A stretch of DNA of 27,419 nt from a virus (lineage: Duplodnaviria > Caudoviricetes). Below the pieces are notes generated by a model. That model ran no database searches, was not told the origin of the DNA, and was given only the letters and a program-made list of their open reading frames with translations. Location of the stretch: positions 1 to 27,419 of IMG/VR virus record IMGVR_UViG_3300042549_011229; one strand, 5' to 3'. Position 1 is the first letter of the stretch; each line of letters starts with the position of its first letter. The position numbers and the translations under genes were made by a program. Positions 1-8,785 of the stretch are shown in pieces.

Positions 1-180
1 ATGGAACCCGACATCCGCCCGCCCGCCAAGGCGCCCCCGCCGCCGACGATCAACGAGGCCCGGCTGAGGGCCGAGGAAGAGGATCGCAACCGCCGCCGGC
101 AGGGCCGGTCGGCCACCTTTCTCTCGGACGCGTTCGGCCGGACGAGCGGCGGGGTGGCGACGAAGACGTTGATGGGGTGA
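1..180 (+). CDS. Small phage virion assembly protein upstream of portal (T7 gp7.3-like position), 59 aa; may be 5'-truncated by the window edge
   Basis: ATG at 1 to TGA at 178-180: MEPDIRPPAKAPPPPTINEARLRAEEEDRNRRRQGRSATFLSDAFGRTSGGVATKTLMG. Pro-rich start, Arg-rich middle and C-terminal KTLxG resemble small proteins that precede the portal in BPP-1/T7-like modules. Confidence 0.6.
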   Translation: MEPDIRPPAKAPPPPTINEARLRAEEEDRNRRRQGRSATFLSDAFGRTSGGVATKTLMG

Positions 181-320
181 GGCGCGGCCTGGACCGCGAC
201 ATTGGGCCGTTCGACCTGATGGCGAAGAGGGTCATGTCCGGGTACGGCAGCCAAGAGCCGCTGCTGCCAGCCGCTGTCAGCAGGATCAGGATAGGGTGTC
301 TCCATCATCTGGAGCCGACC

Positions 321-498
321 ATGTCCGACCTCGTCTTCTGCACCGACCCACCTGTCCTTGGGGGCGAACTTCGGAAAGATCGAAAGGCGCCCGGCGTTCG
401 AGACCCAAGCGGAGCGCCACCGGCAGCGCCCCGCCGCCCGGCGCACCAACGAGATCGACAACGCGCTCATCGCCGCCGAAGCACAGCCGACGTGCTGA
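321..498 (+). pseudogene. Internally deleted glutathione S-transferase remnant
   Basis: Frame +3 from ATG 321 reads MSDLVFCTDP (GST-like N-terminus). Frame +1 from 361 reads GANFGKIERRPAFET...RPAARRTNEIDNALIA to TGA 496-498, resembling the FGxIEKRPAF...RPAAxRAxxIDDAL C-terminus of alphaproteobacterial GSTs. The middle of the gene is absent. Confidence 0.5.
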
Positions 499-601
499 GC
501 CGAGGCGTCGGCGACGTCCTCCTGGAGTGCGGGGCGGCGGAGTTGAACCCGAAAATCCCCGAACCGTTGCGGGCCCTCCTTGCCGGCGGTTACAAAACCC
601 C

Positions 602-934
602 ATGAGCGTTCACGGAAGCTGTCACTGCGGCAAGGTGCAGATCGACCTGCAAAGCGAGCCGGCTTGGGTCGCCGACTGCAACTGCTCGCTCTGTCGACGG
701 CTCGGGTGGCGTGTCGCCTACTTCCCGCCCGACCAAGTGCGGATTTCAGGTGAGACGACAGCCTATGTCTGGGGCGATCGCATGATCGGCATTCACCATT
801 GCCCGGTCTGCGGCTGCGGCACCCACTGGCAGTCTCTGGGGGAAGATTTCGGCAAGATGGGCGTCAATGCGCGCTTGCTCGATGGTTTCGATGAAGCCGC
901 CGTCGAGGTTAGACAATTCGACAATGCGGATTAG
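602..934 (+). CDS. GFA/CENP-V family zinc-binding protein, 110 aa
   Basis: From ATG 602: GSCHCG, DCNCSLCRR, HHCPVCG and VNARLL motifs are diagnostic of the Gfa family. The ORF-track start at 296 is an upstream extension. Confidence 0.9.
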   Translation: MSVHGSCHCGKVQIDLQSEPAWVADCNCSLCRRLGWRVAYFPPDQVRISGETTAYVWGDRMIGIHHCPVCGCGTHWQSLGEDFGKMGVNARLLDGFDEAAVEVRQFDNAD

Positions 935-967
935 GCATCGCCGGCCAGAGCCGCTCCCAATCATATA

Positions 968-982
968 GTTCCGTATTTGTTC
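968..982 (+). promoter_or_regulatory. LexA (SOS) box upstream of portal operon
   Basis: GTTC-cgtattt-GTTC is an exact match to the alphaproteobacterial LexA consensus GTTC-N7-GTTC. It lies just upstream of an extended -10-like TGCGATAAT at 991-999. Confidence 0.8.
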
Positions 983-989
983 TCCGGGA

Positions 990-1021
990 ATGCGATAATG
1001 GTCTTGCCGCTTCGATAGCGG
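990..1021 (+). promoter_or_regulatory. Putative promoter motif A, copy 1
   Basis: ATGCGATAAT-N6-GCCGCTTCGATAGCGG; the same motif recurs at 24261-24291 upstream of the tail fibre gene. Confidence 0.6.
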
Positions 1022-1048
1022 TTTGACCCGACCGCCCGGAGGATTTGC

Positions 1049-2692
1049 GTGACCGATAGCCGCGCCGAGGATGTGCTGCGCCAGCAGGCCTTCATGGAGG
1101 CCGAGAGGGCCAGTCTGGACAGCCATTGCCAGGAGGTGGCCGAGCGGGTGCTGACCCGCCAGAGCGACTTTGGTCAGGCGCGCAGAAGCGTCGGCGACAA
1201 GCGGTCGGAGAAGGTGTTCGACAGCACCGCGCCCCTGGCGCTCGACAAGTTCGCCGCCGCCATCGAGAGCATGCTGACGCCCCGGACGCAGCGATGGCAC
1301 GAGCTGTCGATGGGCGGCTGGCGGGATCGTCGCGGGCGGCCGGTGGAGACGCCGGATTCGGTGCGGGTCTGGCTGCAGGCGGTCAACGAGGCGCTGTTCT
1401 CGGCCCGCTATGCGCCGGGGGCCAATTTCGCCAGCCAGGCGCATGAGACCTATGTCGGGCTGGGCGCCTTTGGCAATGGGGCTTTGTTCGTTGACGAGGC
1501 GGTGGGCGGCGGGCTTCGCTATCGCTCCATTCCGTTCGCCGAGACCTGGTTCGCCGAGAACTTCCAGGGGGTGGTCGACACCGTCCACCGCAAGTTCGAA
1601 CTGACCGCCCGCCAGTGGGTGCAGCAGTTCGGCGACGAGACGCCGGACAGTATCGCCCGGGCGGCGGAGACCGAGCCGCAGCGGCGGTTCGAGCTGATCC
1701 ATTGTGTGCGGCCGCGCGAGGACGCCGACGGGTCGCGGCGCGACTGGCGCGGCATGCCGTTCGCCAGCTGGTATGTGTCGTTCGAGGGCCGAAAGCTGCT
1801 CAAGGAGCAGGGCTACCGGACCATGCGCTATGCGGTGGCGCGCTATGTGACCGCGCCGCGCGAGGTCTATGGGCGGGGGCCGGCGATGACCGTGCTGGCC
1901 GACATCAAGACGGTGAACGAACAGCAGAAGACCCTGCTGCGCACCGGCCAGCTGATCGCCGAGCCGCCGCTGCTGCTGTCCGACGAGGGCGGGCTGACGG
2001 GGTTCAAGATGCAGCCGCGGGCGCTTAATCGCGGGGCCCTGGGGATGGACGGGACCGAGCTGGTCCGGCCGCTTCAGGTGGGGGCGAACCTGCCGATCAC
2101 CCTGGAGATGGTCAACCAGACGCGGGAAGCGATCAACCAGGCCTTCCTGGTCACCCTGTTCCAGATCCTGGTCGAGACGCCGCAAATGACGGCGACCGAG
2201 GCGATGCTGCGGGCCCAGGAGAAGGGGGCGCTGCTGGCGCCGGTGATGGGGCGGCTGCAGTCGGAATTGCTGGGGCCGTTGATCCAGGCGGAGCTGGACA
2301 TCCTGGCCGGCGCCGGGGCCCTGCCCGAGCCGCCGCCGGAGATGGACGCGCTCGAGGATCTGGTCGCCGACATCGACTACACCTCGCCGCTGGCCCGGGC
2401 CCAGAAGGCCGACGAGGGGGTGGCGATCCTGCGGCTGCTGGAGGACGCGGCGGCGGTCGGACAGTTCGATCCGACGGCGGCGAAGATGATCAAGGGGCCG
2501 GAGACGCTGCGGCGACTGGCCGAGATTCGCGGTGCGCCGATGGCCCTTCTGCGCAGCGCCGAGGACATGGCGGCGGTGGCCGAGCAGGACGGGCGGATGG
2601 CCCAGCTGCAGGCCCTGCTGGGCGCGGCCGGCCAGGCGGCGGGGGCGGCCAAGGATGCGGCCGCGGCAGGCCTGCTGGGAGGCGGTCAATGA
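1049..2692 (+). CDS. Portal / head-to-tail connector (T7 gp8 / BPP-1-like family), 547 aa
   Basis: GTG start after GGAGGA. Motifs include FDSTAPLALDKFAA, LGAFGNG, EVYGRGPAM, MTATEAMLRAQEK..LLAPVMGRLQSELLGPLI and IDYTSPLARAQK. Confidence 0.93.
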   Translation: MTDSRAEDVLRQQAFMEAERASLDSHCQEVAERVLTRQSDFGQARRSVGDKRSEKVFDSTAPLALDKFAAAIESMLTPRTQRWHELSMGGWRDRRGRPVETPDSVRVWLQAVNEALFSARYAPGANFASQAHETYVGLGAFGNGALFVDEAVGGGLRYRSIPFAETWFAENFQGVVDTVHRKFELTARQWVQQFGDETPDSIARAAETEPQRRFELIHCVRPREDADGSRRDWRGMPFASWYVSFEGRKLLKEQGYRTMRYAVARYVTAPREVYGRGPAMTVLADIKTVNEQQKTLLRTGQLIAEPPLLLSDEGGLTGFKMQPRALNRGALGMDGTELVRPLQVGANLPITLEMVNQTREAINQAFLVTLFQILVETPQMTATEAMLRAQEKGALLAPVMGRLQSELLGPLIQAELDILAGAGALPEPPPEMDALEDLVADIDYTSPLARAQKADEGVAILRLLEDAAAVGQFDPTAAKMIKGPETLRRLAEIRGAPMALLRSAEDMAAVAEQDGRMAQLQALLGAAGQAAGAAKDAAAAGLLGGGQ

Positions 2693-2967
2693 CTGGCGTG
2701 CTGCATCCGCTGTTTCGCCGCAAGCGGGCCTATCAGGCGCTGTTCGCCGATGGCGGCCAGGGCGAGGCCCGGGCCGTTCTGGCCGACCTGAAGCGGTTCT
2801 GCATGGTCCCGGAGGCGCCGGTGGCGCGCAGCCCCGACGGCGCGGTCGATCCGCTGCAGTCGATGCGGCTGGTCGGCCGCCAGGAAGTGTTCAACCGCAT
2901 CCGCGCCATGGTCGCCATCGACGACCGGGCGCTGTTCAACCTGAGAGAAGAGGCAGGCGATGAGTGA
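2689..2967 (+). CDS. Bbp19-like small phage protein, 92 aa
   Basis: ATGA overlap with the portal stop. The YQALF...VLADLKRFC...GRQEVFNRI pattern is typical of the gene between portal and scaffold. Confidence 0.75.
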   Translation: MTGVLHPLFRRKRAYQALFADGGQGEARAVLADLKRFCMVPEAPVARSPDGAVDPLQSMRLVGRQEVFNRIRAMVAIDDRALFNLREEAGDE

Positions 2968-3784
2968 CGAGATGAGCGCGGGCGGACTGCTGGAGGCGGC
3001 GGGCGATGAGGCTGCCGCTCCGGTCCAGGCGGCGACGGGCGGCGGCTTCCTGGAGCATTTCAACGATCCGGCGACGCGGACCTATATGGAGCGCAAGGGC
3101 TTCAAGGACGTCCAGGCCCTGGGCGCCAGTTTCGCCTCGCTCGAGCGGATGATTTCCAGCGATACGCGGCGGGTCGTTCTGCCTACGGACGATACCGACG
3201 TCGACGGCTACAACCGGGTGTTCGCGGCGCTGGGCCGACCGGAGACGCCGCAGGACTATGGCTTTGGCGAACTGGCCGGGGCCGACGCCGAATTCAGCGC
3301 CCAGGCGGCCGACTGGCTGCATGAGGCGGGCGTCGGCAAGGCGCGGGCCGGAGCGCTGGCCGAGAAGTGGAACGCCTATGTGGAGAGCCGCGCCGCGGCC
3401 CAGCAGCAGGCCTTCGAGGCGCAGTCGCGGTCCGACTGGGCCGATCTGCAGACCGAATGGGGTCCGAAGTTTGCCGAGAATACCGAACAGTTCCGGCGCG
3501 GCGCCCTGACCTTCGGGGTCTCGCGGGAAGAGATGGAGACCATCGAGGCGGGCCTGGGCACCAAACGGACGGTGGATTTGTTCGCGCGGATCGGCCGGGG
3601 GCTGTCCGAGGACCGCTTCATCGAGGGCGAGGGGCGGCCGGGCTTCGGCATGAGCCGCGAGCAGGCGGAGAATCGCATCGCCTCCCTGCGCCGGGACCAG
3701 GCCTGGCAGGCCCGGTGGATGGCCGGCGGGGCCGATGAGAAGGCGGAATGGTCGCGGCTGGCCCGCGTGGCGGGAGGCGCCTGA
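2960..3784 (+). CDS. Putative capsid scaffolding/assembly protein, 274 aa
   Basis: Lies between portal and capsid genes. Acidic and helical, with LGRPETPQDY, LQTEWG and FARIGRGLSED motifs seen in scaffolds of this phage group. Confidence 0.75.
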   Translation: MSDEMSAGGLLEAAGDEAAAPVQAATGGGFLEHFNDPATRTYMERKGFKDVQALGASFASLERMISSDTRRVVLPTDDTDVDGYNRVFAALGRPETPQDYGFGELAGADAEFSAQAADWLHEAGVGKARAGALAEKWNAYVESRAAAQQQAFEAQSRSDWADLQTEWGPKFAENTEQFRRGALTFGVSREEMETIEAGLGTKRTVDLFARIGRGLSEDRFIEGEGRPGFGMSREQAENRIASLRRDQAWQARWMAGGADEKAEWSRLARVAGGA

Positions 3785-3963
3785 TGGCCGACACGAAAAA
3801 TCCTCCGGCCACGCTCGATGCTGTCGCTATCCGGCTGGAAGCGGTAAAATTGGTTCACCGCTTCGATCGGGAGCCCTGGCAGGTTCTGGGCGTGGCCCAG
3901 GCCTATGCGGACTGGATCCTGACCGGGACCCAGGCCGGGCCTGGGGCGCCTGAAGCCGACTAG
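3784..3963 (+). CDS. Hypothetical phage protein, 59 aa
   Basis: TGATG coupling to the scaffold stop with GGAGG upstream; MADTKNPP...IRLEAVKLVHR...AQAYADWILTG. Confidence 0.6.
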   Translation: MADTKNPPATLDAVAIRLEAVKLVHRFDREPWQVLGVAQAYADWILTGTQAGPGAPEAD

Positions 3964-3973
3964 CGGACGACCC

Positions 3974-3992
3974 GTCATCGCCCGGCGATGAC
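3974..3992. repeat. Perfect 9-bp inverted repeat
   Basis: GTCATCGCC-C-GGCGATGAC in the intergenic region before the capsid gene; function unknown. Confidence 0.5.
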
Positions 3993-4021
3993 CCTCCCGG
4001 CGGGGAGATTTCAAACGCCTC

Positions 4022-4072
4022 ACGGACCCGAGCCCTCTTTTCGCAGGAGGCCGCGGACAAGCCGATCCCCCT
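4022..4072 (+). promoter_or_regulatory. Putative structured leader motif B, copy 1 (before capsid gene)
   Basis: ACGGACCCGnGCC-N16-CCGCGGACAAGCCnnTCCCCCT; the same blocks with identical spacing occur at 24297-24347. Confidence 0.55.
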
Positions 4073-4105
4073 CATTCCTTTTGAGACATCGGAGACACCT
4101 GTCCA

Positions 4106-4993
4106 ATGACGGACCTGAGCGCCCACTACCGGATCGAATTCGCCAAGACGGCGAGCCTTCTGCTGCAGCAGCGCGGATCGAAACTGCGCAACCATGTGAT
4201 GACCGGCGCCCACAAGGGCGAGGGGGCCAGCCCCGTCGACCAGTACGGGGTGACCGAGGCGCGCGAGCGCACCGGCCGGGCCGTGCCCAAGGAGAGCGCC
4301 AACACCCCGGTCGACCGGCGCTGGGCCTATCCGCGCTTCTTCGACTGGAGCGACATCATCGACAACATCGACCTGCTGCAGACCGCCAGCGATCCGCAGA
4401 ACCCGCTGGTCCAGGCCTGCACCGCCAGCCTGGGCCGGCGGATCGACGACGAGATCATCCGCGCCTTCTGGGCCGACGCCCGCACCGGCAAACAGGGCGG
4501 CACCACCACGGCCTTTCCGGGCGGCGCCCAGCAGGTCGGGGTCGACGTCGGCGGGACGGCCAGCAAGCTGAACGTGCTGAAGCTGCGGGCCGCCAAGAAG
4601 GTGCTGATGGCCAATGAGGTCGATCTGGCCAGCGACCAGATCCTCTGCGTCGTCAACAGCGTGCAGCACGACGCCCTGCTGGGCGAGATGCAGATCACCA
4701 GCGCCGACTACAACGGCGGCGACCGGCCGGTGCTGAAGGACGGGATCATCACCCGCTTCCTGGGCATCGACTTTGTCCATTGCGAGCGGCTGACCCTGTC
4801 GGGCGCCAACCGCCGGGTGCCGATCTACGCCAAGAGCGGCATGCACCTGGGCATCTGGTCGGATGTCGCCACCGACATCGGTCCCCGCCGCGACCTGGAG
4901 GGCAACCCCATGGAGATCACCGGCTCGGTCACCGTCGGCGCCACGCGGACGGAGGAAAAGAAGGTGGTCGAGGTGCTCTGCGCGGAGACGTAA
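4106..4993 (+). CDS. Major capsid protein (BPP-1/T7-like podovirus), 295 aa
   Basis: Motifs LLLQQRGSKLR, DRRW, SLGRRIDDEII, ITSADYN, FLGIDFVHCERL and VGATRTEEKKVVEVLC. It follows the scaffold gene and has an RBS (GGAG). Confidence 0.92.
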   Translation: MTDLSAHYRIEFAKTASLLLQQRGSKLRNHVMTGAHKGEGASPVDQYGVTEARERTGRAVPKESANTPVDRRWAYPRFFDWSDIIDNIDLLQTASDPQNPLVQACTASLGRRIDDEIIRAFWADARTGKQGGTTTAFPGGAQQVGVDVGGTASKLNVLKLRAAKKVLMANEVDLASDQILCVVNSVQHDALLGEMQITSADYNGGDRPVLKDGIITRFLGIDFVHCERLTLSGANRRVPIYAKSGMHLGIWSDVATDIGPRRDLEGNPMEITGSVTVGATRTEEKKVVEVLCAET

Positions 4994-5008
4994 GGGCGAC
5001 TCCGCTGA

Positions 5009-5168
5009 CCTTTTCCCCTTGGGGAGAAGGTGGACGCGCAGCGGCCGGATGAGGGGTCGCGCCGGCCTTGAAGGCTGGCGTGGCAACCGCCGGCCGGCAG
5101 CCGAATCTTTCATCGACCCCTCATCCGACCCCCGTCGGGGGCCACCTTCTCCCCCAAGCGGGAGAAGG
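5009..5168. repeat. Caulobacter CIR / alphaproteobacterial REP-like palindromic intergenic element
   Basis: Two inverted arms: CCTTTTCCCCTTGGGGAGAAGGTGG..CGGATGAGGGGTCG and CGACCCCTCATCCG..CCACCTTCTCCCCCAAGCGGGAGAAGG. A GANTC site (GAATC 5103-5107) lies inside. Confidence 0.8.
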
Positions 5169-5188
5169 AAACCAAAGGACAAATCTTC

Positions 5189-5695
5189 ATGGCTGTCGCC
5201 AACACCAAGTCCACCGCTGTCGCCAATCGGGATGCGACGCCGCGGATTCCAAGCCCCGCCCATCTGGTCCGCGGGCCGCTGTTCGAGGCGGTGGGAACCG
5301 TCGAGATCGCGGCGGCGGACGACAACGCCAGCGTCTATCGGCTGGCGCGCCTGCGCTCGTCCGACCGGGTGTCGCAGATCAACCTGTTCAGCGACGCCAT
5401 CACCGGCGGCACGGCCTTCGACCTGGGCCTCTACCGCACCGCCGACGACGGCGGGGCCGCAGTGGATGCCGACCTCTTCGCCACCGACCTGGACCTGTCC
5501 AGCGCCGTGGCGGGGACGGACGTCACCTATGAGGCCACGGCCGCCAATATCGACAAGATCGAGAAGCGGCTGTGGGAGCTGCTCGGCCTCAGCGCCGATC
5601 CGCAGGTCGACTACGACATCGCCCTGACCGGCGACACCGTCGGCACGGCGGCCGGCACCGTCAGCCTGCGGGTGCGGTTTACCGGCGGCTACTGA
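5189..5695 (+). CDS. Putative capsid decoration/cement protein (Bbp16-like position), 168 aa
   Basis: Follows the capsid gene with an AAGGA RBS. Beta-rich, with DLGLY and VDADLFA motifs. Confidence 0.6.
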   Translation: MAVANTKSTAVANRDATPRIPSPAHLVRGPLFEAVGTVEIAAADDNASVYRLARLRSSDRVSQINLFSDAITGGTAFDLGLYRTADDGGAAVDADLFATDLDLSSAVAGTDVTYEATAANIDKIEKRLWELLGLSADPQVDYDIALTGDTVGTAAGTVSLRVRFTGGY

Positions 5696-5784
5696 GCCGG
5701 CCGGATCGATCGGTCCTGCCCGAGGGGCGGCGGCGTGTCGTCGTCCCTCATCCTTCCCCGCCTGCCCTTTGACCTGGAGCCCCC

Positions 5785-6387
5785 ATGCCCTCCTCGCAAA
5801 CCGCTGTCGGCAACGCCGCGCTCGCCAAGCTGGGGCAGGGGGCGGTGCTGTCGTTCGACGACCCGGACGATCGCGCGCGCTGGCTGAAGAGCCGGTTCGC
5901 CGATGTGCGGGACCTGACCCTGCGGTCCAACCGCTGGCACTTCGCCCTGGCCCGCGCGCGGTTGTCCGCGGAAGTCGCGGAGCCGGCCTTCGGCTATCAG
6001 CGGCAGTTTCCTCTGCCGACGGACTGTCTGCAGCTGGTCGAGGTGGCCGGCGTCTCGGTAACCCCGGGTCTGGCCGACTATGCGGCCGCGCCGCGTCCTG
6101 GCTTTGCCCTGGAGGGCGAGCGGATCCTGACCGACGCGGGGGCGCCGCTGGAGATCCGCTATGTCCGGCGGGTGACCGACGTCGGCGGCTGGGATCCCTT
6201 GTTCGCCGAGGCGGTGGCCTGCCGCCTGGCCTTCGACCTGGCGGAAAAGCTGACCCAGTCGAGCGGCAAGAAGGAGGCGGCCCTGCGCGACTACCAGCTG
6301 GCCATCCGCGAAGCCGTCCGCGTCAACGCCATCGAATCCCCGCCCGAGGAAGCCCCTGACGGCTCCTGGGTCCTGGCCCGTCTGTGA
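5785..6387 (+). CDS. Tail tubular protein A (T7 gp11-like adaptor), 200 aa
   Basis: Motifs NAALAKLGQ, WHFALAR, FPLPTDCL, IRYVRRVTD and DPLFAEAVACRLA. Confidence 0.88.
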   Translation: MPSSQTAVGNAALAKLGQGAVLSFDDPDDRARWLKSRFADVRDLTLRSNRWHFALARARLSAEVAEPAFGYQRQFPLPTDCLQLVEVAGVSVTPGLADYAAAPRPGFALEGERILTDAGAPLEIRYVRRVTDVGGWDPLFAEAVACRLAFDLAEKLTQSSGKKEAALRDYQLAIREAVRVNAIESPPEEAPDGSWVLARL

Positions 6388-6397
6388 GCGACCGCCG

Positions 6398-8785
6398 ATG
6401 AAAGCCAATCCCGCCATCACCTCGTTCAACGCCGGCGCGCTGTCGCCGCTGCTGGGCGGCCGGCCCGACCTGGAAAAGTGGCAGTCAGGCCTGAGCCGCT
6501 GCGAGAACCTGATCCCGCGTGTCCAGGGCGCCCTGCAACGCGCCGCCGGCTCGGTCTTCGTCGGGGCGGTAAAGGACAGCGGCCAGCGCTGCTGGCTGGC
6601 GCCCTTCGTGTTCAGCCAGTCCGACGCCTTCGTCCTGGAGTTCGGCCCAGGCTACATCCGCTTCTACAGGAACCGGGGCCGGCTGGTGACCGGCGCCGTG
6701 GCGGCATGGTCGGGCGCGGTGAGCTACGCGGTCGGCGATCTCGCCGCCCTGGCCGGGGTCACCTACGCCTGCACGGCGGCCCATAGTGGACACAGTCCTC
6801 CGGATACGGATTACTGGCGGGCGCTGGAAGGCGACGTCTACGAGATCGCCAGCCCCTATCAGGCGGGGGACCTGACCCGGCCGGACGGCAGCTTCGGCAT
6901 GCGGTTCGAGCAGTCGGGGGACGTGGTCTACCTAGCCTGCGCCGGGCATCCGCCGATGACCTTGAGCCGGCTGTCCAACATCCGCTGGCTTCTCAGCCCC
7001 TTCACCCCCAAGGGCGGCCCCTTCCAGGATCGCAATATCGACGAGGCCGTCACGGTCAGCGCCACGGGCGTCATGACAGTGGGCGGCAGCGTGACCCTGA
7101 CCGCCAGCGCCGCGATCTTCGAGCCTGGCCATGTGGGCGGGCTGTTCGAGCTGGAGCTGAAGGACGGAGCCAACGTGCGGGCGTGGCAGGTGCGCACCAC
7201 CACCGATGTCGGCGACTATCGGCGAGCCGACTATCGCTACTATCTCTGCACCCAGGTCGGTCCGGTGGACACCAGCGACAAGCCGGCCGTCTGCGGCGAG
7301 GAACTGCCGGTCCATACGCGCGGCAAATACTGGGACGGCACCGGCGAGGAGCAGAAGGGCGACGGCGCCGTCGGCTCGATCGGCGTCGAGTGGGAGTATC
7401 TGCATTCCGGCTACGGCCATGTGCGGATCACGGCGGTGACCAGCGCCACGGAGGCGGTCGGGGAGGTGTTGTCGCGCCTGCCCGACGAACTGGCCAGCCA
7501 GCCGAGCCATCGCTGGGCGCACGGCGCCTGGTCGAACGCCGCCGGCTGGCCGGACAATGTCTGTTTCTTTCGCGAGCGGCTGAGCTTCTTCCGAGGACAG
7601 AGGGTCTGGCAGTCGGTGGCCGGCGACTTCGCCAACTTCGAGGCCCGCACCCATGGCGAAGTGTTGCCCGACAGCGCCGTGGTCATCTCCATCCAGTCGG
7701 CCCAGGGCAATCCGGTGGAGTGGGTGACGCCCACCCGCTCGGTGCTGTTCGTCGGCACCAACGGCGGCGAACATAGCCTGAAAGCCCAGACCAGCAGCCA
7801 GGCCTACGGGCCCGGCAACACCCAGCAGGATCCGGAGACCGCCTGGGGCGGCATCGGGGTCGATCCCATCGTCGTCGGGGCCGGGGTGGTGTTCGCCGAG
7901 CGGCTGGGCCGGCGGCTGCGGCTGCTGGTCCCAGCGCAGGACGGATACGAGGCGCTGGATCTCAACAAGTATCGCGGCCTGACCGCCCCGATCGTCGCCA
8001 TGGCCTGGCAGCAGACGCCGCACGAGAGCGTCTGGTGCGCCACGGCCGAGGGCGGACTGGAGGCGCTGACCCTGCAGCTGGAAGACAAGGTCTTCGCCTG
8101 GCGGCGGCACAATCTCGGCGGCGCGGTCGAGGCGGTGGCGGTTATCCCTTCGCCTGATGGCGGCCGCGACGATGTCTGGTTGATCGTCCGGCGGCTGATC
8201 GATGGCGAGATGCGCCGCTATGTCGAGGTGCTGGCGGCCGAATACGAGACCGGCGACGACCAGGCCCTGGCGGTCTACGCCAACTGCGCCCTGACCTACG
8301 ATGGCGCGGCGACGGCGACGCTGTCCGGCCTCGAGCATCTGGAGGGCCAGGCCGTGGTGGTCAAAGCCGACGGGGCGGCCCATCCGGGGCGGGTGGTCAC
8401 CGCCGGCGCCGTCACCCTGTCCCGGCCCGTGTCGAAGGCGGTGGTGGGTCTGGCCAGTCCCTATGCCGGCCAGATCATGCCTCTGGAGGCCGGCGCCGCG
8501 GCGGGCAGCGCCCAGGGGCGGATCAAGCGGATCCATAGCCTGACCGTGCGGCTGCTGGAGAGCGGCGGCGGGCGGTTCGGCCCGGCATTGGGCGCCACCG
8601 ATCCGTTGCAGCACCGCCGCGCCGGCGATCCGATGGACGGTCCGCCGATCCTGACCACCGGCGACATCGCCATGACCTTTCCGGGCGGATACGAGGGCCG
8701 GGCCAGCATCGCCTTCGAGGGCGACGACGTCTTCCCCTTCACCCTGATCGGCCTCTACCCCGAACTGGTGACCTATGAAGGGTGA
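6398..8785 (+). CDS. Tail tubular protein B (T7 gp12-like nozzle), 795 aa
   Basis: Motifs SFNAGALSP, LEFGPGYIRF, QSGDVVYL, GWPDNVCFFRERL, FAWRRH, LSGLEHLEGQ and GRIKRI. Contains a CBM5/12-like W-motif insert near 6704-6817. Confidence 0.9.
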   Translation: MKANPAITSFNAGALSPLLGGRPDLEKWQSGLSRCENLIPRVQGALQRAAGSVFVGAVKDSGQRCWLAPFVFSQSDAFVLEFGPGYIRFYRNRGRLVTGAVAAWSGAVSYAVGDLAALAGVTYACTAAHSGHSPPDTDYWRALEGDVYEIASPYQAGDLTRPDGSFGMRFEQSGDVVYLACAGHPPMTLSRLSNIRWLLSPFTPKGGPFQDRNIDEAVTVSATGVMTVGGSVTLTASAAIFEPGHVGGLFELELKDGANVRAWQVRTTTDVGDYRRADYRYYLCTQVGPVDTSDKPAVCGEELPVHTRGKYWDGTGEEQKGDGAVGSIGVEWEYLHSGYGHVRITAVTSATEAVGEVLSRLPDELASQPSHRWAHGAWSNAAGWPDNVCFFRERLSFFRGQRVWQSVAGDFANFEARTHGEVLPDSAVVISIQSAQGNPVEWVTPTRSVLFVGTNGGEHSLKAQTSSQAYGPGNTQQDPETAWGGIGVDPIVVGAGVVFAERLGRRLRLLVPAQDGYEALDLNKYRGLTAPIVAMAWQQTPHESVWCATAEGGLEALTLQLEDKVFAWRRHNLGGAVEAVAVIPSPDGGRDDVWLIVRRLIDGEMRRYVEVLAAEYETGDDQALAVYANCALTYDGAATATLSGLEHLEGQAVVVKADGAAHPGRVVTAGAVTLSRPVSKAVVGLASPYAGQIMPLEAGAAAGSAQGRIKRIHSLTVRLLESGGGRFGPALGATDPLQHRRAGDPMDGPPILTTGDIAMTFPGGYEGRASIAFEGDDVFPFTLIGLYPELVTYEG

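Noticed and set aside
177-605. ORF-track 142-aa ORF, and the extended starts at 296, 3748, 9095, 9615, 14245, 21013 and 27165
   Set aside because: Downstream ATGs fit better with RBS position, gene coupling, signal peptides or family N-termini. The 177-605 ORF appears to be a chance frame over the GST remnant.
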